Below are positions 20,082-28,461 of a stretch of 64,000 bases of DNA, piece after piece. Source of the stretch: an uncultured Actinomycetes bacterium (GTDB lineage: Bacteria > Actinomycetota > Thermoleophilia > UBA2241). The notes under the pieces are model-generated. The model saw only the letters and a program-made list of their open reading frames with translations, searched no databases and was not told the DNA's origin. Both the position numbers and the translations under genes were made by a program. The DNA lies in contig CAVYCN010000004.1 of the NCBI GenBank assembly GCA_963767005.1, forward strand, positions 1-64,000. The letters are read 5' to 3'. Numbering within the stretch: the first letter of the stretch is position 1; the number at the start of each line of letters is the position of its first letter.

Positions 20082-21032
20082 ATGGACGCCGCCCCGCGCC
20101 TCGAGGCCCTGCACCTGCTCGTCACCTATCGCTGCACCTACGCCTGCGACCACTGCTTCGTCTGGGGTGGCCCCGACCAGGAAGCGACGATGAGCCTGGG
20201 CCAGCTCCGCGCTGCGATCGACCAGGCGGCGGCGGCCGGTTGCGAGACGGTCTACTTCGAGGGCGGCGAGCCGATGCTCGCCTACCCCGTCGTCGTGGCC
20301 GCCGCGCGGCACGCCCGCGACGCCGGCCTGGAGGTCGGCATCGTGACCAACTGCTACTGGGCCGAGACGGCCGACGACGCCGTGGTGTGGCTCACGCCCT
20401 TCGCCGAGATGGGTATCGCCGACCTCGCGCTCTCGTCCTACGCCTACTTCTGCGAGAAGCTCGAGACCGAGGAGCACCTGCGCAACGCGCTGCTCGCGGC
20501 GCGCCGCCTCGGCCTGCCGGGCGCCGTGCTCGAGGTCGGCGCGCCAGCGCAGCTCACCGACCTCGGCGTCGTCTGCGGCGATCCGGGGGCGATCATGTTC
20601 AAGGGGCGTGCGGCGCAGCGGCTCGCCCGCGGCGAGCTGCTGCGCCGCCCGCCCGCCACGCTCGTCAGTTGCCCGCACGAGGACTTCGCCGACCCGGGGC
20701 GCTGCCACGTCGGGGCCGACGGCGAGCTCATGCCCTGCCAGGGCATCAGCATCGGCAACGTCTGGCGGCGACCGCTCGCCGCGATCCTCGCCGGCTACGA
20801 CTCGACGGCGACGCCGGTCGTCGCCGACATCGTCGCCGGCGGCCCGTGGGGCCTCGCCCAGGCCAGCGGCTTCACTCCCCGGCTGCCGCTCTACGCCGAC
20901 GAATGCCACCTCTGCTACGAGCTGCGAACCCGCCTGCGGGCCGCCGGCCGGCACCTCGACGTGCTCGCGCCCGATGCCTGCTACGGTCCGGACACGGCCG
21001 CCGACTCTGAGTCCGCAAAGGAGCCGTCATGA
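20082..21032 (+). CDS. Radical SAM protein with C-terminal Cys-rich (SPASM/twitch-like) region
   Basis: CTYACDHC, GGEP, TN; C-terminal C..CHV...MPC...IGN, ECHLC; TAGAGT 6 nt before ATG. Confidence 0.88.
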   Translation: MDAAPRLEALHLLVTYRCTYACDHCFVWGGPDQEATMSLGQLRAAIDQAAAAGCETVYFEGGEPMLAYPVVVAAARHARDAGLEVGIVTNCYWAETADDAVVWLTPFAEMGIADLALSSYAYFCEKLETEEHLRNALLAARRLGLPGAVLEVGAPAQLTDLGVVCGDPGAIMFKGRAAQRLARGELLRRPPATLVSCPHEDFADPGRCHVGADGELMPCQGISIGNVWRRPLAAILAGYDSTATPVVADIVAGGPWGLAQASGFTPRLPLYADECHLCYELRTRLRAAGRHLDVLAPDACYGPDTAADSESAKEPS

Positions 21033-21466
21033 CCCCGTCGCGCCAGTCGTTCTGGGACCACGAAAGCTACGCCGTGGTCGGCCACGGCGAGCACCGCCGC
21101 TTTCCCAAGCTGACCTACCGGGGGCTCAAGGGCGCCGGCCACACCGTCTACGCGGTCGACCCCTCGGGCGGCGAGGTCGAGGGCGATCCCACCTATCCCG
21201 ACCTCGGCGCGCTGCCCGGGCCGGTCGAGGCGGTCGTGCTCGAGCTGCCCAAGGACGAGACGGCCGGGTGGGTGGGCCGCGCGGCCGACGCGGGCGCCGC
21301 GGCGGTCTGGATCCACCAGCAGACCGACACGCCCGAGGCGCTCGCGCTCGCGCGCGAGCGCGGCCTCGACGTCTGCTCCGGCACGTGCGCCGTGATGTAC
21401 GTGACGCCCGGCTTCAGCAGCCACGCGCCGCACCGCTGGATCATGCGCGCCCTGGGCCGCTTCTGA
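21029..21466 (+). CDS. CoA-binding domain protein (YccU-like)
   Basis: YAVVG, VYAVDP, YPDL..LP, VWIHQ, G.C; ATGA overlap. Confidence 0.85.
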   Translation: MTPSRQSFWDHESYAVVGHGEHRRFPKLTYRGLKGAGHTVYAVDPSGGEVEGDPTYPDLGALPGPVEAVVLELPKDETAGWVGRAADAGAAAVWIHQQTDTPEALALARERGLDVCSGTCAVMYVTPGFSSHAPHRWIMRALGRF

Positions 21467-21468
21467 CC

Positions 21469-22068
21469 GTGACGGGCGACGACCGGGGATCAACCCCGTC
21501 TCAGGGCGGCGAGACGCCGCCCACGCCGCCGGCGCCCGGCGCCCCGAACAGCTGGACGCCGCCGGACCTGACCGCCGGCTGGGTGCCGCCCGCGCCGCCG
21601 CCGCCGCGCGGCGACTGGACGCCGGCCGCCCCCGGCGACCCCCAGCCGTTCGCCGCCGCCTACCAGCCCCGGCCCGGTTACGACTACGTGCCGCCGCCCG
21701 CCGGTGTCGTGCAGCCGACCTACCAGCCCGGCCTCGGCGCGTACAGCGTCCTGCCGCCGGGGGTGAGGCGCTGGAACTGGGGCGCCTTCTTGTTCACCTG
21801 GGTCTGGGGGCTGTTCAACGGGGCCTACGTCACGCTCTGGGGGCTCCTGGCCTGGGTCGTGCCCTTCGGCGGGCTCGTCTGGGCCATCGTCTGCGGCATG
21901 AACGGCGATCGCTGGGCCTGGCAGGGCAAGGCCTGGCAGAGTCTCGAGCACTTCCGCACCACACAGCGCGCCTGGGCAGTGGCGGCCCTGATCCTCTTCC
22001 TCGTCTCGCTGCTGGCGTCCCTGGTCCTGGTCGTGGTGCTCGTCTCGGGACTGGTCGTCACGCACTGA
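21469..22068 (+). CDS. Membrane protein with Pro-rich N-terminus and WNWGAF motif
   Basis: WNWGAFLFTWVWGLFNG...G.RWAW...F...QRAW; several TM segments. Confidence 0.75.
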   Translation: MTGDDRGSTPSQGGETPPTPPAPGAPNSWTPPDLTAGWVPPAPPPPRGDWTPAAPGDPQPFAAAYQPRPGYDYVPPPAGVVQPTYQPGLGAYSVLPPGVRRWNWGAFLFTWVWGLFNGAYVTLWGLLAWVVPFGGLVWAIVCGMNGDRWAWQGKAWQSLEHFRTTQRAWAVAALILFLVSLLASLVLVVVLVSGLVVTH

Positions 22069-22079
22069 CCACAGACGCG

Positions 22080-22121
22080 CGACGGGGGCGGGCGCTCCGT
22101 GTGGAGCGCCCGCCCCCGTCG
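22080..22121. terminator. 19-bp hairpin between convergent genes (possibly bidirectional)
   Basis: cgacgggggcgggcgctcc-gtgt-ggagcgcccgcccccgtcg. Confidence 0.7.
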
Positions 22122-22135
22122 TCGTGCGACGCGGG

Positions 22136-23059
22136 TCAGCCCTGCGTCGGCGGTGTCGGTGGGGTGGGTGGCGCGGGCGGCGCGGGCGGCGCCTGGGGCG
22201 GCTCGGCCGCGACCGGCGGCGCCTGGGCAGCCGGAGCCGCCTGTGGAGGCGCCTGGGCCGGAGCCTCCGCCGGCGGCGCGGCCTGCGGAGCGGGTGCCGC
22301 CTGGGCCGGAACCTGCGGAGCGGGTGCCGCCTGGGCGGGCGGCGCGGGCGGCGGCGAGGCGCTCACGGGAACCTGCTGTGGAGCGGGCGCGGCCGGCGGA
22401 ACGGCCGGCGGAACGGGTGGTGCCTGAGCCGGCGCGGACTGCGTGGCCCACGGCGGCGGGCTCGTCGGAGCGACCCAGGGAGTGCCGGCCGACGCGCCGC
22501 CCTGATACGGCTGACCGTACGCCGGCGGCTGCTCACCATAGGGAGCCGGCGGCTGCTGACCGTAGGGAGCCGGCGGCTGCGGGGGCTGCTCGCCGTAGGA
22601 AGCCGGCGGCTGCTGACCGTACTGCGCGGGACCCTGATAGGTGTTGCCGTAGGGCTGGCCATACGCCGCGGCGTACGCCGGCGCGGGCGGTCGCCCACCG
22701 TACGTCGAGCTGCCGAACCCGAGGATGGGGAAGAAGATGATGCCCAGCAGCCACAGCCCCACACCGAAGCCGGAGCCATGGCCGAAGGCCCGCGCGACGT
22801 CGAGTGCGACGATGAGCGAGACGACGATGTTCGCAAGCGGGATGAAGGCCCAGACGACCCACCACCCGGGACGCCCGGCGACCTTGCACAGCAGGTAGAT
22901 GTTGTAGAACGGGACGATCGCGCCCCATCCCGGCTGACCTGCCTTCTCGAACACCTTCCACATGCCCGCCACGTACACGATGTAGATGAGCAACTCGACG
23001 AGGAGACCGGATCCGGACGGGCTGAAGACGGCGGCCACGGCCGCCACGGCAGCGTTCAT
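22136..23059 (-). CDS. DUF5684-type membrane protein with long Pro/Gln/Tyr/Ala-rich tail
   Basis: SD GGAGG; WKVFEKAGQPGWGAIVPFYN, FG.G.GFG.GL..L..IFFPILGFG; YGQQPPAP repeats. Confidence 0.82.
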   Translation of the reverse strand: MNAAVAAVAAVFSPSGSGLLVELLIYIVYVAGMWKVFEKAGQPGWGAIVPFYNIYLLCKVAGRPGWWVVWAFIPLANIVVSLIVALDVARAFGHGSGFGVGLWLLGIIFFPILGFGSSTYGGRPPAPAYAAAYGQPYGNTYQGPAQYGQQPPASYGEQPPQPPAPYGQQPPAPYGEQPPAYGQPYQGGASAGTPWVAPTSPPPWATQSAPAQAPPVPPAVPPAAPAPQQVPVSASPPPAPPAQAAPAPQVPAQAAPAPQAAPPAEAPAQAPPQAAPAAQAPPVAAEPPQAPPAPPAPPTPPTPPTQG

Positions 23060-23175
23060 ACATCCTCCTTCGGCCGACACTCGGCCGCCTTGGTGCAGGA
23101 CCACCCTCGACGGCGCATGACTGACAGGACCCCGGCGCCGTCGACGTAGTCTTCGGCTGGTGGGGGGGTGGTCCT

Positions 23176-24726
23176 TTAGGGTCGCGCCTCGACGCCGTCG
23201 GCGGCGGGCAGGTCGCCGGGTGCGAGCGCGGCCGCCGGAGCGGCCGCGTGCTCGACGTGGGCGAGCGCCCGCGACGCGGCCGCGGCCCCCTCGCGGATGC
23301 AGTCGCCGATACCGATGCCGCGCAGGTAGCCGCCGGCGAGCTCGATGCCCGGGACGGCGTCCATCTCGCGCTCGACGCGTTCGATGAGCTCGCGGTGCCC
23401 TACGCGGTACTGCGGCATGCCGCGCGCCCAGCGAAAGACGCGGGCAAAGAGCGGCTCGGCACGCAGGCCGACGATGGCGTCGAGCTCGGCCCGCACGAGC
23501 GCCACGAGCTCGTCGTCGGGCAGAGCGACGGCCTCCTCGCGACCGGCTCGCCCCACGAAGGCCCGCACCAGCAGCGCGTCGTCGGGCGCCCGCCCGTCGA
23601 ACTTGAGCGAGCTGAACGTGCCGGCCATGATGCCGCGCTCCTCGGCCCGCGGTACGACGAAGCCGAAGCCGCGCAGCGGCCGCGCGACGTCGGCGCGGCG
23701 ATAGCCGAGCGAGACCGTGGCCGTGCTCACGTAGGGGATCGAGGCGAGCGCCGCGGCGGGACCCGCGGCGATGCCGTCCAGGAGGTCCGCCGACGCAAAG
23801 GCCGGCGCCGCCAGCACGACGGCCTGCACGACGCGTTCGGAGCCGCCCGAGAGCCGCAGGCGAAAGGCGGAGCCGGCGGCGGCCGGCTCCGCCGCCAGCG
23901 ACTCGACACCCAGGCCGACGTGCAGCCGCTCGGGCGGCAGGTCGGCGACCACGGCGTCGGCGAGGTCGGCGAGGCCGGTCCGAAACGACAGAAAGTACGA
24001 GCGCGGCCGGCGCGGCGCCGCCGCGGAGTCGGAGGCTGGCGGGCGCGGCTGCGGGCCGCGCGCGGCCCGCAGCCGCGCCCGCCGCCGCGCCACCATCCCC
24101 ACGATCAGGCTGCGGTGCTCGCGCTCCATGTCGAGGAACATGGGGAACGTCGCGCGCACGCTCATCACCTCGGGGTCGCCGGCGTGGATGCCGGCCACGA
24201 TCGGCTCGGCCACCTTGGCAAGTGCCTCGCACCCGAGGCGGCGGCGCACGAAGGCGGCGAGGCTCTCGTCGGCACGTGCCGGCCCGCGGGGCAACACCAG
24301 GTCGAGACCCATGCGCAGCTTGCCGCGGACGCTGATCAGGCTCGAGAGGGCGAACGGCACGAGCCGCGTCGGCACCATCAGGATCAGCCCCTCGGGCAGC
24401 TCGTGCAGGCGCCCGCCCGAGAAGACGAAGCTGCGCCGCACGTCCTCGTTGGAATCGAGCAGACGGTCGCCGATACCGACCCTCCGGGCGAGCTCCAGCG
24501 GCCACGGTTTCTCGACGATGAACGAGTCGGGGCCGGCCTCGACGACGAAGCCGTCGAAGCGCTCGGTGCGCACCTTGCCGCCGAGGTAGCCGGCGCGCTC
24601 GTAGAGCAGCCAGTCGAACGGCGCCCCGGGCCCCGCCGCGCGCCGGACCGTCTCGAGCGCGTGCGCGGCGCCGAGACCCGCCATGCCGCCACCGATCACG
24701 GCGACGACGGGGCGTTCGTCAGGCAT
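23176..24726 (-). CDS. hemY: Coproporphyrinogen/protoporphyrinogen oxidase (HemY/CgoX)
   Basis: IGGGMAGL, GGKVRT, EAGPDSF, GFGFVVP, MPQYRVGH, GIGIGDC. Confidence 0.95.
   Translation of the reverse strand: MPDERPVVAVIGGGMAGLGAAHALETVRRAAGPGAPFDWLLYERAGYLGGKVRTERFDGFVVEAGPDSFIVEKPWPLELARRVGIGDRLLDSNEDVRRSFVFSGGRLHELPEGLILMVPTRLVPFALSSLISVRGKLRMGLDLVLPRGPARADESLAAFVRRRLGCEALAKVAEPIVAGIHAGDPEVMSVRATFPMFLDMEREHRSLIVGMVARRRARLRAARGPQPRPPASDSAAAPRRPRSYFLSFRTGLADLADAVVADLPPERLHVGLGVESLAAEPAAAGSAFRLRLSGGSERVVQAVVLAAPAFASADLLDGIAAGPAAALASIPYVSTATVSLGYRRADVARPLRGFGFVVPRAEERGIMAGTFSSLKFDGRAPDDALLVRAFVGRAGREEAVALPDDELVALVRAELDAIVGLRAEPLFARVFRWARGMPQYRVGHRELIERVEREMDAVPGIELAGGYLRGIGIGDCIREGAAAASRALAHVEHAAAPAAALAPGDLPAADGVEARP
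24038..24083. repeat. 46-bp perfect loop-less palindrome inside hemY
   Basis: Checked base by base around centre 24060/24061; encodes part of RRARLRAARGPQPRPP. Confidence 0.88.
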
Positions 24727-25747
24727 CGCTCGTGTCGGGTCCCGCGTCGTCGCCGGACGGCGCGCCCGGCGCCCCGTCGTCGCGGCGCGCGGCCCCGAAC
24801 AGACCGCCGCCGAACGGGCCACCGCGCCCCAGGTCGACCGGGCCGGTGAGCGGGCGGTGCGCGAGGCGCTCGATCACGATGTCGGCGAGCGCCTGGATGA
24901 AGGTCGGCGCGTCGTTCAGCGCCGGCACCCGCAGGAACGCGAGACCGCTGGTCTCGGCGACGGCGCGCAACTCCACGTCGAGGTCGTACAGGGTCTCGAG
25001 GTTGTCGGCGACGAAGCCGAGCGGCACGACCACCAGGTCGCGCCAGCCGCCCGTGGCGAGGTCGCGTACGGCGCTCGCCGCCTCGGGCTCGAGCCAGGCG
25101 CCGCCGTGCCTGCCCTTGCTCTGGAACGCGAGGCGCCAGTCGCCGGGCGTGAGCGCCGGCAGCAGCCGGGCGACCGCCTGCTGGAGCTGATCGACGTAGG
25201 GGTCGCCCTCGGCCACGGTCTCGAACGGCACGTTGTGCGCGGTAAACAGCACGGCGAGCTCGCCGGTGTCGGCGCCGTCGAGCGCCTCGTGCACGCGGCG
25301 GCTCACGGCCGCGAGGTAGCGCGCGTCGGCGAACCAGCCGTCGACCACCGTGAGCTCGCCGCGGCCGGCCGCGGCGAGCGCCGCGCGGTAGGCGCCCGAC
25401 GTGTAGCGCGACTCGTACGGCGACATGGGCAGCACCACGGTGTCACGGGGATCGAGGTCGGCCAGACACTCGGCCACGCTCGGCGTGCCGTACAGAAAGC
25501 CGGGCCGCACGCGCACGCCGACGCCGAGGTCGGCCATCATGGCTGCCTGGAGCGCGGCGGCCTGACGGCACGTCGCTTCGGGTAGCGGCGAGCCGCCGCC
25601 GATCGCCTCGTATCTGCGCGCCACGGCGGCCAGCACGTCCGAGCCCGGCGCGACGCCGGTCATCGCCTCGAGGAACGGACCGATCTCGCCCGGGCCGCCC
25701 GGGCCGCCGAAGGCCAGCATGGCGACGTCGATGGTGGCCACCGTCAC
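24719..25747 (-). CDS. hemH: Ferrochelatase (HemH/CpfC)
   Basis: RYEAIGGGSPL, LFTAH, GDPY, FQS, WLEP, GFVADNLETLYDLD, PALND. Confidence 0.93.
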   Translation of the reverse strand: MTVATIDVAMLAFGGPGGPGEIGPFLEAMTGVAPGSDVLAAVARRYEAIGGGSPLPEATCRQAAALQAAMMADLGVGVRVRPGFLYGTPSVAECLADLDPRDTVVLPMSPYESRYTSGAYRAALAAAGRGELTVVDGWFADARYLAAVSRRVHEALDGADTGELAVLFTAHNVPFETVAEGDPYVDQLQQAVARLLPALTPGDWRLAFQSKGRHGGAWLEPEAASAVRDLATGGWRDLVVVPLGFVADNLETLYDLDVELRAVAETSGLAFLRVPALNDAPTFIQALADIVIERLAHRPLTGPVDLGRGGPFGGGLFGAARRDDGAPGAPSGDDAGPDTSDA

Positions 25748-26814
25748 CCCTTTCCTTGCGCGTTCCAGTCGTGCACGAAGGCGACCAGTCGCGCGACGCT
25801 GTCGGGCGGCGTCTGCGGCAGCACGCCGTGCCCCAGGTTGAACACGTGGCCGGGCCGCCCGCCGGCCCGGCGCAGCACGTCGGCGGCGTGGGCCTCGATC
25901 TCGTGCGGCGGACCGAGCAGCACGGCCGGGTCGAGGTTGCCCTGAACGGCGACGTCGTGGCCAAGCTCGCGCCGGGCGCGGTCGATGTCGATGCGCCAGT
26001 CGAGGCCCACCACGTCGCCGCCCGCCGCTCCAACGAGCGGGAGCATGCCGGCGACGCCGGTGGCGAAGTGCACGACCGGCACGCGGCCGCCGAGCGCGTC
26101 GATCACCTTGCGGGTGGCCGGCGCCGCGAAGCGCTCGTAGTCGCGCGGTCCGAGGGCGCCGGCCCACGAGTCGAAGAGCTGCACCAGCCCGGCGCCCGCC
26201 TCGATCTGAGCCAGCAGGTACGCGGTCACCGTGTCGGCCAGCAGATCGAGCAGGCGCGCGAACGTGGCCGGCTCGGTGAGCATGAGCCGCTTGGTCGCCG
26301 CGTAGTCGCGCGAGTGGCCGCCTTCGACGACGTAGCTCGCCAGCGTGAACGGCGCGCCCGCGAAGCCGATCAGCGGCACTCGGCCCGCGAGCTCGCGAGC
26401 CGCAAGGCGCACGGTCTCCAGCACGTAGGGGACGTCGCGGGCCGGATCGCCGCGGCGCAGGCCCTCGAGATCGGCCGCGCCACGCACCGGGTGCTCGATC
26501 ACGGGGCCGTCGCGCGCGTCGAACCGAAAGCCGATGCCCATGCCTTCGAGCGGCAGCAGGATGTCGGCGAAGACGATCGCGCCGTCGAGCTCGAAGCGCG
26601 CCAGCGGCTGCAGGGTGATCTCAGCGGCGACGTCGGGCCGCCGGCACAGCTCGATGAAGCTCAACTTGCGACGCAGCGCGCGGTACTCAGGCAGGTAGCG
26701 CCCGGCCTGGCGCATGAGCCAGACGGGGGTCGTGTCTACTGGCCGGCAGCGGCAGGCGTCAACGAGTCTCGTCGACGCGGCGGTCTTGGCGATGGCGGGC
26801 ACGGCGCTCTGCAA
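25744..26814 (-). CDS. hemE: Uroporphyrinogen decarboxylase
   Basis: PVWLMRQAGRYLPEYR, LIGFAGAPFTLASY, QGNLDP, FNLGHG. Confidence 0.97.
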   Translation of the reverse strand: MQSAVPAIAKTAASTRLVDACRCRPVDTTPVWLMRQAGRYLPEYRALRRKLSFIELCRRPDVAAEITLQPLARFELDGAIVFADILLPLEGMGIGFRFDARDGPVIEHPVRGAADLEGLRRGDPARDVPYVLETVRLAARELAGRVPLIGFAGAPFTLASYVVEGGHSRDYAATKRLMLTEPATFARLLDLLADTVTAYLLAQIEAGAGLVQLFDSWAGALGPRDYERFAAPATRKVIDALGGRVPVVHFATGVAGMLPLVGAAGGDVVGLDWRIDIDRARRELGHDVAVQGNLDPAVLLGPPHEIEAHAADVLRRAGGRPGHVFNLGHGVLPQTPPDSVARLVAFVHDWNAQGKG

Positions 26815-26883
26815 GGCGGCCCTATTCTAGCCCCACCGACGGCAGGCGGCCCGAGCGGGGTCGGCGCGGCGGCGGGGCGGCGG

Positions 26884-27261
26884 TCAGGACCGCGGCCGGT
26901 AGCCTTCGGACAGCGCGGCGCGACGGCAGGTGCGACAGACGGAGACGCGTCGCGCCGTCAGCGGCGAGACCATGTGGAAGTGACCGACGTCGCGACCGAG
27001 GGGCTGGCCGCAGAGGTCGCAGTGGGCGTACTCGCGTGCCGCCGCGACGGAACGCAGCGGCGCGCTGAAGACCGCCGCAGGCGGTGTGAGGTCAGCGGGG
27101 ACGACGGATGCCGCGGCACTCGTGGCGGCGCCGGCCACGTCGAGTCGCACCGGCTGCGCGGTGACCACGGAAGAGGCCGGAGAGAGCGGAGCCGCGCCAG
27201 CCGCGGGGGCTTGCGTGGATCCGGGCTGGTGTGGCGGCTGAGTGGCGGACTTGCGTGCCAT
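26884..27261 (-). CDS. Small hypothetical protein with C-terminal CxxC...CxxC zinc-finger-like motif
   Basis: SD AGGAG; CDLC...CRTC; low-complexity N-terminus; divergent from the hdr operon. Confidence 0.6.
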   Translation of the reverse strand: MARKSATQPPHQPGSTQAPAAGAAPLSPASSVVTAQPVRLDVAGAATSAAASVVPADLTPPAAVFSAPLRSVAAAREYAHCDLCGQPLGRDVGHFHMVSPLTARRVSVCRTCRRAALSEGYRPRS

Positions 27262-27434
27262 GAGTCACACTCCTGTCCGGTGGGGGGCCGTCGCCGCCCG
27301 GTGCACGGGAACGGCGCGGGTTTTCCGGAGGCGTCATGGAACTACCCGCGAGGCCCCGCCGGCAAACACCCCCGGCGCCGCACGTGAATTCCTACCTGTA
27401 ATAGGGTGAATCGAGCCTGACGGCCGTGCAGCGT

Positions 27435-27463
27435 TGGACAGGTCGGGGGTCGCTCTGCACAAT
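27435..27463 (+). promoter_or_regulatory. Putative housekeeping-sigma promoter of the hdr operon
   Basis: TGGACA-17 nt-CACAAT upstream of ATG 27496. Confidence 0.5.
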
Positions 27464-27495
27464 ACGAGGACCGTCAGCGACGAAAAGCGGAAGCC

Positions 27496-28461
27496 ATGGC
27501 GACTACTCCCGAAACCGAGCGCGTGACCGGCGGCGTGCTGCTCTTCCGCAGCTGCCTCATCTCGACCGAGTACCCGGGCGCCGAGGCGGCCACCAAGTGG
27601 CTCTTCGAGCGTTTCGGTATCGAGTACACCGTGTCGCCCGAGCAGACCTGCTGCACCGGCCTGGGCTACTACTCCGAGCTCGTCCCGGTGGCGACCTCGG
27701 TAGCCCTCGCCGCCCGCAACGCCTGCGTGGCGGTCGAGGACGGCCACCCGGTCATGAGCTATCTGTGCTCGACCTGTTACGCGATCAACAAGAAGGCGCG
27801 CAACATCCTCGCCGTGCCCGAGTACCGGGCCGAGGCCAACAAGGTGCTCGGCACCATCGGGCGGGCCTACACCGACGACGTCGCCGCGGCCATCCGTCAC
27901 AGCCACACGATGGAGATCCTCTGGAGCGCCCACGAATCGATCCCGGCGCTCATCGAGCGCCGTCTCGACGGCATCAAGGTCGCCACCCACCCGGCCTGCC
28001 ACTACTGCAAGGTCTTCCCCGACGAGGTGGTGGGCGACTTCGAGAACTTCATGATCCCCGAAGACCTGCTCGAGGCCACGGGCGTGCAGAAGACCGGTCT
28101 CTACAACGAGAAGACGATGCACTGCGGCGCCGGCTTTCGCCAGCGCTTCGTGAACCCGGGGATCGCGGTGGCGGTCACGCGCGAGAAGCTGCGCCGCCTC
28201 ACGCAGGAGGGCATCGACGTGCTCGTCCACATGTGTCCCAACTGCGCGATCCAGTTCGATCGGCACCACGAGATCATCGAGGACGCGTCGGGCGAGAAGT
28301 ACCCCTTCGTGCACCTGCACGTCCAGCAGCTCCTCGCCCTGGCCCTGGGCGCCGACCCCGACCGCCACTGCGGCGTGGCCTCGCACTCCCAGAACGTCGA
28401 GCCGCTGCTCGAACGCATCGGCGCGCGGGCTCGCGGCCGGGCGACGGGAGGCTCAAGATGA
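27496..28461 (+). CDS. hdrB: Heterodisulfide reductase subunit B (two CCG domains)
   Basis: C-X31-CC-X37-CxxC; HPACHY, MHCGAG, HMCPNC..QFDR, LALALG. Confidence 0.93.
   Translation: MATTPETERVTGGVLLFRSCLISTEYPGAEAATKWLFERFGIEYTVSPEQTCCTGLGYYSELVPVATSVALAARNACVAVEDGHPVMSYLCSTCYAINKKARNILAVPEYRAEANKVLGTIGRAYTDDVAAAIRHSHTMEILWSAHESIPALIERRLDGIKVATHPACHYCKVFPDEVVGDFENFMIPEDLLEATGVQKTGLYNEKTMHCGAGFRQRFVNPGIAVAVTREKLRRLTQEGIDVLVHMCPNCAIQFDRHHEIIEDASGEKYPFVHLHVQQLLALALGADPDRHCGVASHSQNVEPLLERIGARARGRATGGSR

Noticed and set aside
27380-27400. Rex operator upstream of hdrB
   Set aside because: Only a GTGAA half-site; the TTCAC half is absent.
27426-28457. 343-aa N-terminal extension of HdrL in the ORF track
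   Set aside because: Overlaps hdrB in another frame; the HdrA N-terminus begins at ATG 28458 with an SD and an ATGA overlap.
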